Shown here in pieces: positions 8,613 to 17,743 of a stretch of 32,000 nucleotides of DNA. The stretch is taken from the NCBI GenBank assembly GCA_965219535.1, contig CBDCNV010000002.1, forward strand, positions 1,680,001-1,712,000, in the 5' to 3' direction. The notes below the pieces were generated by a model. The model was given only the letters and a program-made list of their open reading frames with translations. It made no database searches and was not told the origin of the DNA. The stretch comes from Opitutales bacterium. GTDB taxonomy: Bacteria > Verrucomicrobiota > Verrucomicrobiia > Opitutales > PNEW01. The position numbers and the translations under genes were made by a program. Positions within the stretch are counted from its first letter, which is position 1; every line of letters starts with the position of its first letter.

Positions 8613-10688
8613 TCAATTGGATTGCTGATTTTTTGGGAATAAAATGCCTGAACTGGCACGAAAAATTATTCGATATAGATCAGAGAAATCCGGGTGGCTA
8701 AGCGATCCCTTGATGGAAAAGCTTGGGCCGAGAGAGTACCCCAGGTTGTCTTGCTCATTACTAAGAAGAGTTAATTCTTGAAGAAGGGTCGCGGTATCGT
8801 TTTTAGCGGAAAACTGCGTTTTTATATCAATGGGTTGATCGAAAATGGGGACCCCTTCTAGATAGGAGACCCGACCTTGCCCGGTTAAATGAATGTCCCG
8901 GCTCTTGACAAGAAACTCTGTCAAATGGATATCGAGATTTTTATCGCGAATGGCTTCAATTCTAAATGTATCAAAATTAATTTTACGAAGAAAATCAGCG
9001 AGGCGATCAGCGGTTCTCAATTCGCGCACCTTATTACCCAAGAAAGAACCGAATGCGTTTAATAAATCTGCCCCCGTACTGACATTATCTCCGGCTGCAT
9101 CGAGTGCACGAAATATGCCCTTGTCACTTTTTATATTTATCTGCCCTTGCGCCTTATCCAACAAGTTGTCCAGGTTTCGGCCATTAGCTCTTAAATTACT
9201 TGTTAAATCAACAACGGCGTTCAAGACCGGTCTACTATTTGGCGCTCTCTTTTTTAAATACGCCCCAGTATCGAAATTGGGAAGTTGAGCCTGGGCTTCA
9301 AGGTAATAGGGCTCAAGACTATCGGTAATAAAATTTAATGCACCTTTGAGGTGAAAGGAGCTCTCGTATATAACGGCGACACAATCTTTAATCGTGATTG
9401 TGTCATTATCGATGTGAATCTCGCTCGCAATATTATCGAGGTGATTTTCGCTATTAATATCAATTCTCTTATATTCAATGACCGCTCGACCTGAATAGTG
9501 CGACCAGAATGGTTCCATCGCAGGTTGACTGTCATGAAGTGGAAGTTGGATGAAATGACGAGAACTTGATGACGAGGGTAGATTTGCTAATAAAGGAATG
9601 TATGAAACAGGTTCTTCAAGCGAGCTGGTTTCTACCGGTTGATAGACCGTCGGCAATAAAATGAAGTCGTGCAGGAATAAACGATTTCCCGTAAGTAATG
9701 CATCCACCTCATATCCATTTTCAACCCAATTGTATGATAATTGGAGATTTCCATCACTTATGCCTGCGGTCCCTTTCACGTTAAATGGAACAACGAGATC
9801 GACAGTCCCCTCTTGATTCAGATGACCTGTAAGATCAAATTCTGCAATAGATATCGGGGTGGAGGAATTGTACAAATTCAGCTCTTCAATTTGCAGCTTG
9901 AGATTGGTATTCCAGAGATTGTTAATTTCAAGCTCACCAGCCAAACTGAACTTACCTGCTTCAATGTTTCCAAAGTCACGCAATAGCGGTTGTTCAAGAC
10001 AAGGGGGCAAATTACCACTGAATTCCCCCTTTGTCTTTACGAAAAGCTGATCATTATCAGTTGTCATCAAAACACTGCATTCACCGGTCATAAGCAATGC
10101 CCCCCTGGATGACATGTTTACATCAGTGAATATGATCTCTTCAAAACTTGGATCGATAACACCCTTGAGAAGGGTAGTTACTTCCATTTCCTTTAATAAC
10201 AAACGGCCATTATGAGCAAAAAAAGCATTTTTAAAATGGACAGGCTGAGGGGCAATCAACTCATAAGCGGGGAGCATTCTCTTAAAAATAAAACTTCCTT
10301 GGAGATTTTCTGCCTTTAGTTTTGAACCCAACTCTACGGAAGGTATTTCTCCAAGTTGAGATTGATGAGGAAAAACAACCGTTAAATCCGTAACGTTCAG
10401 ATGATTAATATTAATGTTATCTTCGGTTAATAAACTTATGGCCAATAGCTCTACCTTTAATTTATTGAATTTAATCTCCGTTCCATTCTGGGAGAAATGT
10501 AAACTGTCTATCTCAATTCCCCCCCATCCCATTTTTATGCGCTCAATACTGATTTCAGTTCCTGGCTGATCTAAGATCTCCAAAATGATCTTTTTCTGAA
10601 TCCCCGGTGCCAAAAGAAGACCGATTCCAATACCCGCAAGGATCACGACTAAGAGCACAAGAACGAAGAGGTATTTGAGTGCCTTCAT
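8613..10688 (-). CDS. AsmA-family-like large envelope protein
   Basis: N-terminal TM anchor (ALKYLFVLVLLVVILAGIGIGLLLAP) followed by a ~650-aa beta-rich periplasmic region with an AsmA-like C-terminus. The track start is TTG 10700; the ATG at 10688 is more likely. Confidence 0.45.
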   Translation of the reverse strand: MKALKYLFVLVLLVVILAGIGIGLLLAPGIQKKIILEILDQPGTEISIERIKMGWGGIEIDSLHFSQNGTEIKFNKLKVELLAISLLTEDNININHLNVTDLTVVFPHQSQLGEIPSVELGSKLKAENLQGSFIFKRMLPAYELIAPQPVHFKNAFFAHNGRLLLKEMEVTTLLKGVIDPSFEEIIFTDVNMSSRGALLMTGECSVLMTTDNDQLFVKTKGEFSGNLPPCLEQPLLRDFGNIEAGKFSLAGELEINNLWNTNLKLQIEELNLYNSSTPISIAEFDLTGHLNQEGTVDLVVPFNVKGTAGISDGNLQLSYNWVENGYEVDALLTGNRLFLHDFILLPTVYQPVETSSLEEPVSYIPLLANLPSSSSSRHFIQLPLHDSQPAMEPFWSHYSGRAVIEYKRIDINSENHLDNIASEIHIDNDTITIKDCVAVIYESSFHLKGALNFITDSLEPYYLEAQAQLPNFDTGAYLKKRAPNSRPVLNAVVDLTSNLRANGRNLDNLLDKAQGQINIKSDKGIFRALDAAGDNVSTGADLLNAFGSFLGNKVRELRTADRLADFLRKINFDTFRIEAIRDKNLDIHLTEFLVKSRDIHLTGQGRVSYLEGVPIFDQPIDIKTQFSAKNDTATLLQELTLLSNEQDNLGYSLGPSFSIKGSLSHPDFSDLYRIIFRASSGILFPKNQQSN

Positions 10689-10871
10689 CAGTGAATACAA
10701 GCCACGCTAATGATAGGAGAAGGTAATGATGGTGTTCTGTTCACAGGCAGGGGAAATCTTAAAGAATAATAGTAGAACCTTGTCTGGAGATCCACATTAT
10801 TTGACTCCTATCATCACACGAGTCGTTTGTCGCACGAGTAAGTATTCAAGTGCGAGGGGAGGAAAGTGTCG

Positions 10872-11243
10872 TTAAGATTTACCGCCGCTATCAGCGATTC
10901 CTTTTTCGTCAACTTTTGTTGCTCTTTTCCCGATTCGTTGGCGAAGAAAATACATGCGAGCTCGCTTGGTTACGCTTTCACGCTCGATTTCAATTTTTTC
11001 AATATTTGGTGAGTTTGTAGGAAACACTCTTTCCACACCTTCACCGTAGGAAATTCTCCGTACCGTAAATGTTTCATGGATACCGTGTCCCTTGCGCGCG
11101 ATAACAATGCCTGTAAAAATCTGGATGCGCTCTTTTTCTCCTTCACTTACTCTAGTGTGAACGCGAACACCATCGCCGACCTTAAATTGATCACGACCAG
11201 ATATTAGCTGATCTTTAGTAATTTCGTCTATTATCGGTTTCAT
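10872..11243 (-). CDS. rplS: 50S ribosomal protein L19
   Basis: FKVGDGVRVHTRVSEGEKERIQIFTGIVIARKGHGIHETFTVRRISYGEGVERVFP is a canonical L19 sequence. The gene starts 2 nt after the trmD stop. Confidence 0.95.
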   Translation of the reverse strand: MKPIIDEITKDQLISGRDQFKVGDGVRVHTRVSEGEKERIQIFTGIVIARKGHGIHETFTVRRISYGEGVERVFPTNSPNIEKIEIERESVTKRARMYFLRQRIGKRATKVDEKGIADSGGKS

Positions 11244-11245
11244 TG

Positions 11246-11950
11246 TTATATATTCTTTTTAGAGATTAAATCCGGTCTATGTTTTTTTGTGCGTTCAATA
11301 CGTTGTTCTTCCCTCCACTGCTCAATTTCGGCGTGGTTACCTGTAAGCAGTACATCGGGTACTTTTTTCCCGCGATAATCAGCGGGTCGTGTATATTGGG
11401 GGAAAGAGAGTAAATTCTCGTTAAAACAGTCTTGGGTTAAAGATTTTTCGTCACCCAGGACATCCGGAACAAAACGGCAGATACAATCGATCATTACCGC
11501 TGCGGGAAGTGTTCCGTTCGTGAGAATGTAATCGCCAATGCTCATTTCCAGGTCGACTAAATCTTCACGAATTCTTTCATCAACGCCTTCATAGTGACCG
11601 CTGATGAATATTAAATGACCGGCAGCAGCTAATTTTTTACCGATCGAAGAAGTGAGTGTTACCCCATCAGGAGCCATCAGGATGACCTTGGATTTTTCCG
11701 TCCTCAGCTCTTCGATCGCTGCATAAAGTGGCTCTGGTTTTAAAACCATTCCTGCGCCACCGCCAAATGGTCGGTCGTCGGTAATGTGATGTTTATCGGT
11801 GGCCCAATCCCGAAGGTTATGGACGCTGATATCGAGGATTCCGTTTTCTCTGGCTCTGCCAATAATGCTCTCAGAGAGAAAACCGCTGATCATCTCGGGA
11901 AACAAAGTAAGCAAATCGATTTTTAATTGAGATGACATGGTTTTCAGCAT
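11246..11950 (-). CDS. trmD: tRNA (guanine37-N1)-methyltransferase
   Basis: Contains IDLLTLFPEM, DDRPFGGGAGMVLKPEPL and ISIGDYILTNG, which are canonical TrmD motifs. The start could be M1 or M5. Confidence 0.95.
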   Translation of the reverse strand: MLKTMSSQLKIDLLTLFPEMISGFLSESIIGRARENGILDISVHNLRDWATDKHHITDDRPFGGGAGMVLKPEPLYAAIEELRTEKSKVILMAPDGVTLTSSIGKKLAAAGHLIFISGHYEGVDERIREDLVDLEMSIGDYILTNGTLPAAVMIDCICRFVPDVLGDEKSLTQDCFNENLLSFPQYTRPADYRGKKVPDVLLTGNHAEIEQWREEQRIERTKKHRPDLISKKNI

Positions 11951-11993
11951 TTATGGATAACATCACAAAAGAAATTTACTTAGTCCCAATGAA

Positions 11994-12953
11994 TTACTTT
12001 TTAGTGGGGGTCTTTTTTTTAGTCGTAGCTTTCTTTGCTACCTTGACTTTTTTTACCGTGCCTTTGGCTTTTGATGCAGTGCTTTTTTTTGCCTTCTTTA
12101 CGGTTTTTTTAGTTGCGGTCTTTTTCTTAACAGCGGCGACCGGTTTTGCACTGGGTTTTTTGGCAGGTTTCTCTGGTTTTTCTTCGACCGATTTTTCTGG
12201 CGCCTCCTCTACAGGCTCTGGGCTTTTAACTTCGGCAGCTTCAGCAGGTGGGGTATCAATGGGTTTTACAGGGGCAGCTTCAACAGGCTCAGCACTGGGT
12301 TCTTCAACAGGTTCGGCTGAGGATACTTCGGCGCTTTCCGCAATTGGCGCTTCGACAGGATCCACAGGAGCCGCTTCAGCAGTCTCAGGACTGGATGTTT
12401 CAACAGCTTCAACAGGAGCCGCCGCTTCGACAGGCTCAGCACTGGGCGCTTCGACAGGTTCAGCACTGGGCGCTTCGACAGGTTCAGCACTGGGCGCTTC
12501 GACAGGTTCAGCACTGGGCGCTTCGACAGACTCAGCACTAGGCGCTTCAACAGATTCCACCGCTGTTGCTTCGACAGGCTCAGCACTGGGTGCTTCGGCA
12601 GGTTCAGCACTGGGTGTTTCGACTGGTTCGGCAGGTGGTTTTTCAGCAGTCTCAGCGGATTTAGCTCTTTTTTTGGCTCTTCTTTCTCTTTTAGCTTCGG
12701 AAATTGGACCTTTTTTAGCTTTATTAATAAGCGAGCGAGCAGTATCGGAGGGGAGAGCACCCACACCCATCCAATGATCGATCCGTTCAATTTTAAGATT
12801 AATGCGATCCCCAAACTGTTCGGCTTTTGGGGCATAGGTACCAAGAATTTCTACGAATCGCCCATCTCTCGGAAAGCGAGAGTCTGCGACGACCATTCGA
12901 TAATGAGGGGAGTGTTTGGCCCCATGGCGTTGTAGCCTGATCTTAAGTGACAT
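11994..12953 (-). CDS. rpsP: 30S ribosomal protein S16 with a ~230-aa repetitive acidic and then basic C-terminal extension
   Basis: N-terminus MSLKIRLQRHGAKHSPHYRMVVADSRFPRDGRFVEILGTYAP is canonical S16. It is followed by (A)PSAEPVE octapeptide repeats and a Lys-rich tail (KKKTATKKTVKKAKK...). Confidence 0.9.
   Translation of the reverse strand: MSLKIRLQRHGAKHSPHYRMVVADSRFPRDGRFVEILGTYAPKAEQFGDRINLKIERIDHWMGVGALPSDTARSLINKAKKGPISEAKRERRAKKRAKSAETAEKPPAEPVETPSAEPAEAPSAEPVEATAVESVEAPSAESVEAPSAEPVEAPSAEPVEAPSAEPVEAPSAEPVEAAAPVEAVETSSPETAEAAPVDPVEAPIAESAEVSSAEPVEEPSAEPVEAAPVKPIDTPPAEAAEVKSPEPVEEAPEKSVEEKPEKPAKKPSAKPVAAVKKKTATKKTVKKAKKSTASKAKGTVKKVKVAKKATTKKKTPTKK
12270..12640. repeat. 24-nt tandem repeat array inside rpsP (about 15 units; four perfect GCTTCGACAGG[CT]TCAGCACTGGGC units at 12424-12519)
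   Basis: Read directly from the sequence. The period of 24 nt equals 8 codons (PSAEPVEA on the minus strand). Confidence 0.9.
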
Positions 12954-13253
12954 TGTAGTACTTGGGTGACTTTTCTTCTAGAAGGGGGAAAAGAGGACAA
13001 AAATGTAGTCACCGAGGCGATTGTCAAGCTGGTTTACTCTCTTATGTCCTTTTTCCTTATATTGATTGCAATGAACAATATAAAGGCTACATGAGTTAGA
13101 CTTCAAGGATAGTTTATCTCTAGAGAGAAAATTTTCGTGCATCACTGGTAATTCATAATATTCCTTAAAGACAGAAGCTTATAAAAAGAGAAAATGAGGT
13201 TGAAAACAGTTGTCATCAGAGCTCACGCTCCTGGTATTAAATGATTAGATTTT

Positions 13254-13886
13254 ATGGTTAATCCATTCATATATCCAAGTCGCAGTATTTTGTCCATTGC
13301 AGCGCTGCTTTTAATAGGCTGTAAAAGACAGCAGATTGTATATTACGAAATTGCGAAAGAAGATAACAGAATTGAGCAGGTAGCAGGAGACATTTCAGGG
13401 AATTCGGAACTTAATATGGAAAGTAGGGGACTTCCTCCCGAAACACTGGGCAGCACTGCTAATCCACACTGGACACTACCTGAGGGATGGCTGCCGGGTA
13501 AAACTTCGACGATGAGACGTGGAAGTTTTACCGTTATGGGTCCTGACAATCAAGGGGTGGATATCTCGGTCACAACATTCCCGGGTGATGTCGGCGGTGA
13601 GGTAATGAATATAAACCGCTGGCGACGGCAGATCGGGTTGAGTCCTATCAGCATCGACTCTCTCAACGAGCATATAGTGACAAAAAAAATAAATGATATG
13701 ACATTCCGGATTGTTGATTTTAGCGCGGAACTGCCGAAGCTTGACGATAAATATCTACAACGCACGATCGTCGCTACCATAAACCACGAAGGTAATTCAT
13801 GGTTTTTTAAGATGACTGGAGATGCTCCCCTCGTAGCTTTGCAGGAGGAAACCTTTATGGGATTTCTGACTTCGGTTCATTTTTGA
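13254..13886 (+). CDS. hypothetical lipoprotein upstream of ccsBA
   Basis: Lipobox LLIGC at residues 19-23. Contains a conserved-looking segment FPGDVGGEVMNINRWRRQIGL. No family name recalled. Confidence 0.6.
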   Translation: MVNPFIYPSRSILSIAALLLIGCKRQQIVYYEIAKEDNRIEQVAGDISGNSELNMESRGLPPETLGSTANPHWTLPEGWLPGKTSTMRRGSFTVMGPDNQGVDISVTTFPGDVGGEVMNINRWRRQIGLSPISIDSLNEHIVTKKINDMTFRIVDFSAELPKLDDKYLQRTIVATINHEGNSWFFKMTGDAPLVALQEETFMGFLTSVHF

Positions 13887-13899
13887 TTTATTTTATTTC

Positions 13900-15078
13900 A
13901 TGTTACTTAAAATCATCAGTTCGTTGAAACTGACCGTATGGTTACTGGTACTATCATTGGTGTTGATTTTTTTCGGCACCTTAGATCAAGTCCATTTTGG
14001 AATCCGGGCGACGCAGCAGAAGTATTTTGAAAGTGTCATCGCACTCTGGCAATATCCTCTCCAATGGCCTCTGGGAGAGTCCTTGCATTGGCTTCATTTC
14101 CCCATACCCGGTGGTTATTTGATTGGTCCTTTGCTCCTCGTTAATCTCATTGCTGCCCACGCCACTCGTTTCGTTTTAAGATGGAACAAGGCAGGTATAT
14201 ATATTATTCACCTCGGGGTAATCCTGCTTCTCTTAGGCCAGCTGAGCACACAATTATTTCAGGAGGAAAATTATATGTGGGTCGAAGAAGGGAAGAGTGC
14301 AAATTACCTGGAAAGTCATCATCACGACGAACTGATTATTACTGATATTACAGACCCGAAAGTTGATGGTGTTGTCAGTATTCCTATAGATCTCATTGAT
14401 AATCAGCCAACATCATTACAACATCCGCGCCTTCCCTTTCGCGTTGAGACTAAAGCTTTTTACCCAAACGCGGCGATTGTGCAACGCCGTCATTTAACAG
14501 AGAAATTGCCGGAAATGATATTTAACCGCGGATTGGGGCGTGAAAAAGATTTCGTCGTATGGGAGAGACCGATGACCTATATGCAGGATGAACGTAATGT
14601 AACTACAGCGATCATAGAGCTGGTAGGAACTGAAGGGTCACTTGGAATATGGTTGGTATCCAATGTATTTGATGAAAAGTTTCCCCACCAACATTTCAGA
14701 TATGAAGAGCGTGATTATGAAATCGCTCTAAGGATCAAGCGCACCTACCTGCCTTATAAAATTGAACTCATCGATTTCACGCACGACCGCTACATGGGAA
14801 CGGATATCCCCAAAAATTTTTCCAGTAAAGTGCGTATAGTTAATCCTCAATCTTCAGAGGATCGCCAAACATTGATTTATATGAATCATCCCCTGCGTTA
14901 TAAGGGGCGTACTTTTTTTCAAGCTGCCTTTGACCAGCAAACAGAGAAAAGCTCGATGTTTCAAGTTGTCAATAATCCCGGGTGGTTAATTCCCTATATC
15001 TCATGTGGGATGATTGCAATTGGACTAATTTTTCAGTTCGGATACAGGTTCATAAAATTTAGCGGAAATAAAAACTGA
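13900..15078 (+). CDS. ccsB: cytochrome c biogenesis protein CcsB/ResB (system II)
   Basis: N-terminal TM helices, a periplasmic middle region and a C-terminal NFSSKVRIVNP...IYMNHPLRYKGRTFFQ motif followed by a final TM, which is typical of ResB. Its stop overlaps the ccsA start (TGATG). Confidence 0.75.
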   Translation: MLLKIISSLKLTVWLLVLSLVLIFFGTLDQVHFGIRATQQKYFESVIALWQYPLQWPLGESLHWLHFPIPGGYLIGPLLLVNLIAAHATRFVLRWNKAGIYIIHLGVILLLLGQLSTQLFQEENYMWVEEGKSANYLESHHHDELIITDITDPKVDGVVSIPIDLIDNQPTSLQHPRLPFRVETKAFYPNAAIVQRRHLTEKLPEMIFNRGLGREKDFVVWERPMTYMQDERNVTTAIIELVGTEGSLGIWLVSNVFDEKFPHQHFRYEERDYEIALRIKRTYLPYKIELIDFTHDRYMGTDIPKNFSSKVRIVNPQSSEDRQTLIYMNHPLRYKGRTFFQAAFDQQTEKSSMFQVVNNPGWLIPYISCGMIAIGLIFQFGYRFIKFSGNKN

Positions 15079-16934
15079 TGAAAAAAGCGATAACACTTAG
15101 CCTCATTTTTTTTGGTATCCTTTATGTCGGACGTAGTTTAGTGCCGCCGCGATATAACCCGGCGATTGAGGTAAAACAGTTTGCTCAACTGCCGCTTTTA
15201 TACAAGGGACGGCTTAAACCGATGGATACAACAGCTCGCAATGCGCTGCTTATCATTCACGGTAAACAGACTTTTAAAGATAAGTCGGGAGAGAGAATAA
15301 GTGCTATTGAATGGTTAATGGATCTTACGATGCGATCTGATGTAGCTGACAATTATAAAGTATTTTACGCATCCCATCCCGATATTTTAGGGCTTTTCAA
15401 TATACCGCATGAAAAAGCCGCTGTTTTTAAATTCAACTTTTCATTTAATGAGCTTTTACCTCATCTTGAAGAAATTGAGAGACAAGCAAAGCTAGCTAAT
15501 CCAGAAGCACAATTGCGAACTCCTTATGAGCGTTCGATACTAAAATTGAGACAAGACTTAGTCCTCTATCAGCAACTGGCGCATAGTTTAACTTCCCCTC
15601 AATATGTATCCTCTCTCAAAGAGGAATATCAGGTTTACCTCGGATTAATGCCTGCGGGAGTGAGGGCTTTTAATCAACAACAAGCAGGTGAAGATCACAA
15701 TGAAGACGCGCTCAATCATTTTATGAGTTTCGCCCATCGTTATCAGATTCTCTCCGAGACAGCCGCTTTCAGCATCATCCCACCACGAATTGGGTCACCT
15801 GACTCTACTCATTGGCAATCAACGGGGCAAAGTCTGATTGAAACGATCATGGCGGGAAAAATCGATGAGGTGGTATTAGCCTATGCCGGGGTGATCGATG
15901 CTTACCGATCGGAAAACCACGGAGATTTCAATGCCGCACTAACCGATTTACAAACGCTCATCGACAAGCGCAATAACACCGGATGGAATAGCTTTCGATC
16001 GGAATACATATTTAATTATTTTTCCCCTTTTTATCTCAGCCTGACAATCTATGTATTGGTATTTATCCTTGTATGTATCTCATGGCTCGTTTGGCCCGAT
16101 ACCCTGGGACGTGCCGCCTATTGGCTGCTAATACTCGCATTTTCTGTGCACACTTTAGGGTTGCTCGCGCGGATATTTATTCAGGGGAGACCACCCGTGA
16201 CCAATCTCTACTCGTCTGCAGTATTTGTTGGCTGGGGAGCAGTGTTGTTTAGTGTTATTCTGGAGCGTATTTACCGAAATGGAATAGGGAGTGCCGTTGC
16301 AGCATTACTAGGTTTTTGCACACTGCTCATTGCGCACCACCTCGGCGGTTCTGGAGATACCCTCGAAATGATGCAAGCCGTTCTGGATTCAAATTTCTGG
16401 TTGGCTACTCATGTCGTAACAGTGACGTTAGGCTATTCCGCAACTTTTTTAGCCGGGTTCCTCGGCCTTATTTATATCTGTCGTGGATTCTTAACCAAGA
16501 GTCTCGATAATTCTACCGCTCTTGCGATTTATCGAATGGTCTATGGTACAGTATGCTTTGCCTTACTTTTTAGTTTTGTTGGCACTGTATTGGGTGGAAT
16601 ATGGGCGGACCAGTCATGGGGTCGTTTCTGGGGGTGGGATCCAAAAGAAAACGGAGCACTCTTAATCGTCATTTGGAATGTCCTCGTGATTCATGCCATC
16701 TTGGGTAAAATGGTTTTGCAACGTGGCTTAATGATACTCGTTGTCGTAGGTAACATCATTACAAGCTGGTCATGGTTTGGAACAAATATGCTGGGTGTGG
16801 GCTTGCATTCATACGGCTTCACGGAGAGTGCTTTTTTCTGGCTTACACTATTTTGGTTGAGTCAGTTTATTTTTATCGCCATTGGATTGTTGCCGCATGG
16901 CTATTGGCGTAGCCGAATAGGAGTCAGTGGATAG
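15078..16934 (+). CDS. ccsA: cytochrome c biogenesis protein CcsA/ResC with a long N-terminal extension
   Basis: Trp-rich WWD motif WADQSWGRFWGWDPKENGAL within a polytopic C-terminal half. The first ~310 aa are an extra, largely soluble region. Confidence 0.85.
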   Translation: MKKAITLSLIFFGILYVGRSLVPPRYNPAIEVKQFAQLPLLYKGRLKPMDTTARNALLIIHGKQTFKDKSGERISAIEWLMDLTMRSDVADNYKVFYASHPDILGLFNIPHEKAAVFKFNFSFNELLPHLEEIERQAKLANPEAQLRTPYERSILKLRQDLVLYQQLAHSLTSPQYVSSLKEEYQVYLGLMPAGVRAFNQQQAGEDHNEDALNHFMSFAHRYQILSETAAFSIIPPRIGSPDSTHWQSTGQSLIETIMAGKIDEVVLAYAGVIDAYRSENHGDFNAALTDLQTLIDKRNNTGWNSFRSEYIFNYFSPFYLSLTIYVLVFILVCISWLVWPDTLGRAAYWLLILAFSVHTLGLLARIFIQGRPPVTNLYSSAVFVGWGAVLFSVILERIYRNGIGSAVAALLGFCTLLIAHHLGGSGDTLEMMQAVLDSNFWLATHVVTVTLGYSATFLAGFLGLIYICRGFLTKSLDNSTALAIYRMVYGTVCFALLFSFVGTVLGGIWADQSWGRFWGWDPKENGALLIVIWNVLVIHAILGKMVLQRGLMILVVVGNIITSWSWFGTNMLGVGLHSYGFTESAFFWLTLFWLSQFIFIAIGLLPHGYWRSRIGVSG

Positions 16935-16937
16935 TTG

Positions 16938-16952
16938 GTCAAAAAGTCAAAG
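16938..16952 (+). repeat. GTCAAAAA-GTCAAAG octamer motif directly after the ccsA stop; start of a diverged partial copy of the 17428 repeat
   Basis: GTCAAAAAGTCAAAGTGGCAGAAGAGCTGTTGCGCGTGTTAAGTTTTA aligns by eye with GTCAAAAAGTCAAAAAGGAGGGAGCGCTGACGCGCGTGCCAGGTTTTA. Confidence 0.6.
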
Positions 16953-17105
16953 TGGCAGAAGAGCTGTTGCGCGTGTTAAGTTTTAGGTGTAGATAGTTCA
17001 GGTTCCATTATTCCAACTAAACATAGGTCCACATTCTCTGCATCTGGCAGCCACAATAAAATATTTCTAAACTTTTTTCTCTTGGTGGTGTTTTATTATA
17101 ATACC

Positions 17106-17429
17106 ATGAGAACATTTTTCTATAGTGTTATATTGGGTGCTGTATTAGCTTTGGTAAGCGGGTGTGAAACTTACGGTCCGCACGCAAAAAGAGGTACCGC
17201 CTATGGTGGTACGACAGGTGCGGTGGTAGGCGCAGTTATCGGTCATCAAAGCAATGAAACAGGAAAAGGCGCGCTTATTGGTGCTGCTGCTGCCGGTAGC
17301 GCGATTGGTGCACTTTTAGGGAGCGCGAAAGATCAGCAGGAAATCGAGCGAGAAGAGGAAATAAGACAACGTCAGGCTTATGAAATTGATTCCGAAGCTC
17401 CACTCTCCGGTGGTGTCGTTATAAAGTAG
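17106..17429 (+). CDS. glycine-zipper outer-membrane lipoprotein (SlyB/17-kDa-antigen-like)
   Basis: Lipobox LVSGC and a Gly-zipper region GGTTGAVVGAVIGHQ...GALIGAAAAGSAIGALLGSA. The track start is TTG 17082; the ATG at 17106 is more likely. Confidence 0.8.
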   Translation: MRTFFYSVILGAVLALVSGCETYGPHAKRGTAYGGTTGAVVGAVIGHQSNETGKGALIGAAAAGSAIGALLGSAKDQQEIEREEEIRQRQAYEIDSEAPLSGGVVIK

Positions 17430-17460
17430 TCAAAAGGTCAAAAAGTCAAAAGGTCAAAAA
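17429..17460 (+). repeat. (GTCAAAAR)x4 octanucleotide microsatellite; x2 at 17612-17627
   Basis: Read directly: GTCAAAAG GTCAAAAA GTCAAAAG GTCAAAAA, starting on the last base of the TAG stop of the glycine-zipper gene. Confidence 0.95.
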
Positions 17461-17510
17461 GGAGGGAGCGCTGACGCGCGTGCCAGGTTTTATATGTTAT
17501 GTATTGAGGT

Positions 17511-17541
17511 GGAGCGGGCTGTCCCAGCGCGCTTCTTTATT
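17511..17541 (+). terminator. possible intrinsic terminator for the glycine-zipper gene (duplicated at 17678-17708)
   Basis: GGAGCGGGC-TGTCCCA-GCGCGCTTC forms a 9-bp GC-rich stem with one G.G mismatch and one G.U pair, followed by TTTATT. Confidence 0.35.
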
Positions 17542-17743
17542 CAACGCCTTGTTCCTATTCTAAGACGACAATTAATTTAGCTCACAAGTAATTCTGTTGC
17601 GTGATTGAGTAGTCAAAAAGTCAAAAAGGAGGGAGCGCTGACGCGCGTGCCAGGTTTTATATGTTATGTATTGAGGTGGAGCGGGCTGTCCCAGCGCGCT
17701 TCTTTATTCAACGCCTTGTTTCTATTCTAAGACGACAATTGAT

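Noticed and set aside
8893-10050. Several 60-130-aa ORFs on the plus strand (8893..9288, 9741..9986, 9859..10050)
   Set aside because: They are antisense shadows within the 690-aa AsmA-like gene.
12270-12640. Regular 24-nt repeats that could be mistaken for a CRISPR-like array
   Set aside because: The repeats are contiguous with no spacers and are in frame within rpsP (octapeptide repeats). No cas genes are present.
11932-12777. 281-aa plus-strand ORF rich in Ala/Ser/Thr/Gly repeats (and the alternative-frame ORFs 12248..12541 + and 12266..12844 -)
   Set aside because: It lies entirely antisense or out of frame to rpsP. Its openness is a by-product of the 24-nt tandem repeat. The minus-strand frame has an unmistakable S16 N-terminus.
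13022-13027. TTGACA (minus strand) upstream of rpsP as a -35 box
   Set aside because: No acceptable -10 hexamer lies at a 16-18-nt spacing (ATTTTT/CATTTT), so I cannot support a promoter call by eye.
17427-17474. In-frame Lys-rich extension after the TAG stops of the glycine-zipper gene and ccsA (stop-codon readthrough idea)
   Set aside because: The extensions are only 14-16 codons and end at nearby stops. The frame relative to the octamer differs between loci, and there is no evidence for TAG reassignment elsewhere in the window.
17480-17563. 27-codon hydrophobic small ORF (MPGFICYVLRWSGLSQRASLFNALFLF) behind an AAGGAGGG stretch, duplicated at 17647..17730; a possible type I toxin-like peptide
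   Set aside because: It has a GTG start 14 nt from the GGAGG, which is too far. The ORF overlaps the terminator-like hairpin. The only difference between copies inside it is one synonymous change, which is not informative. I kept it only as a remote possibility within the tandem-duplication finding.
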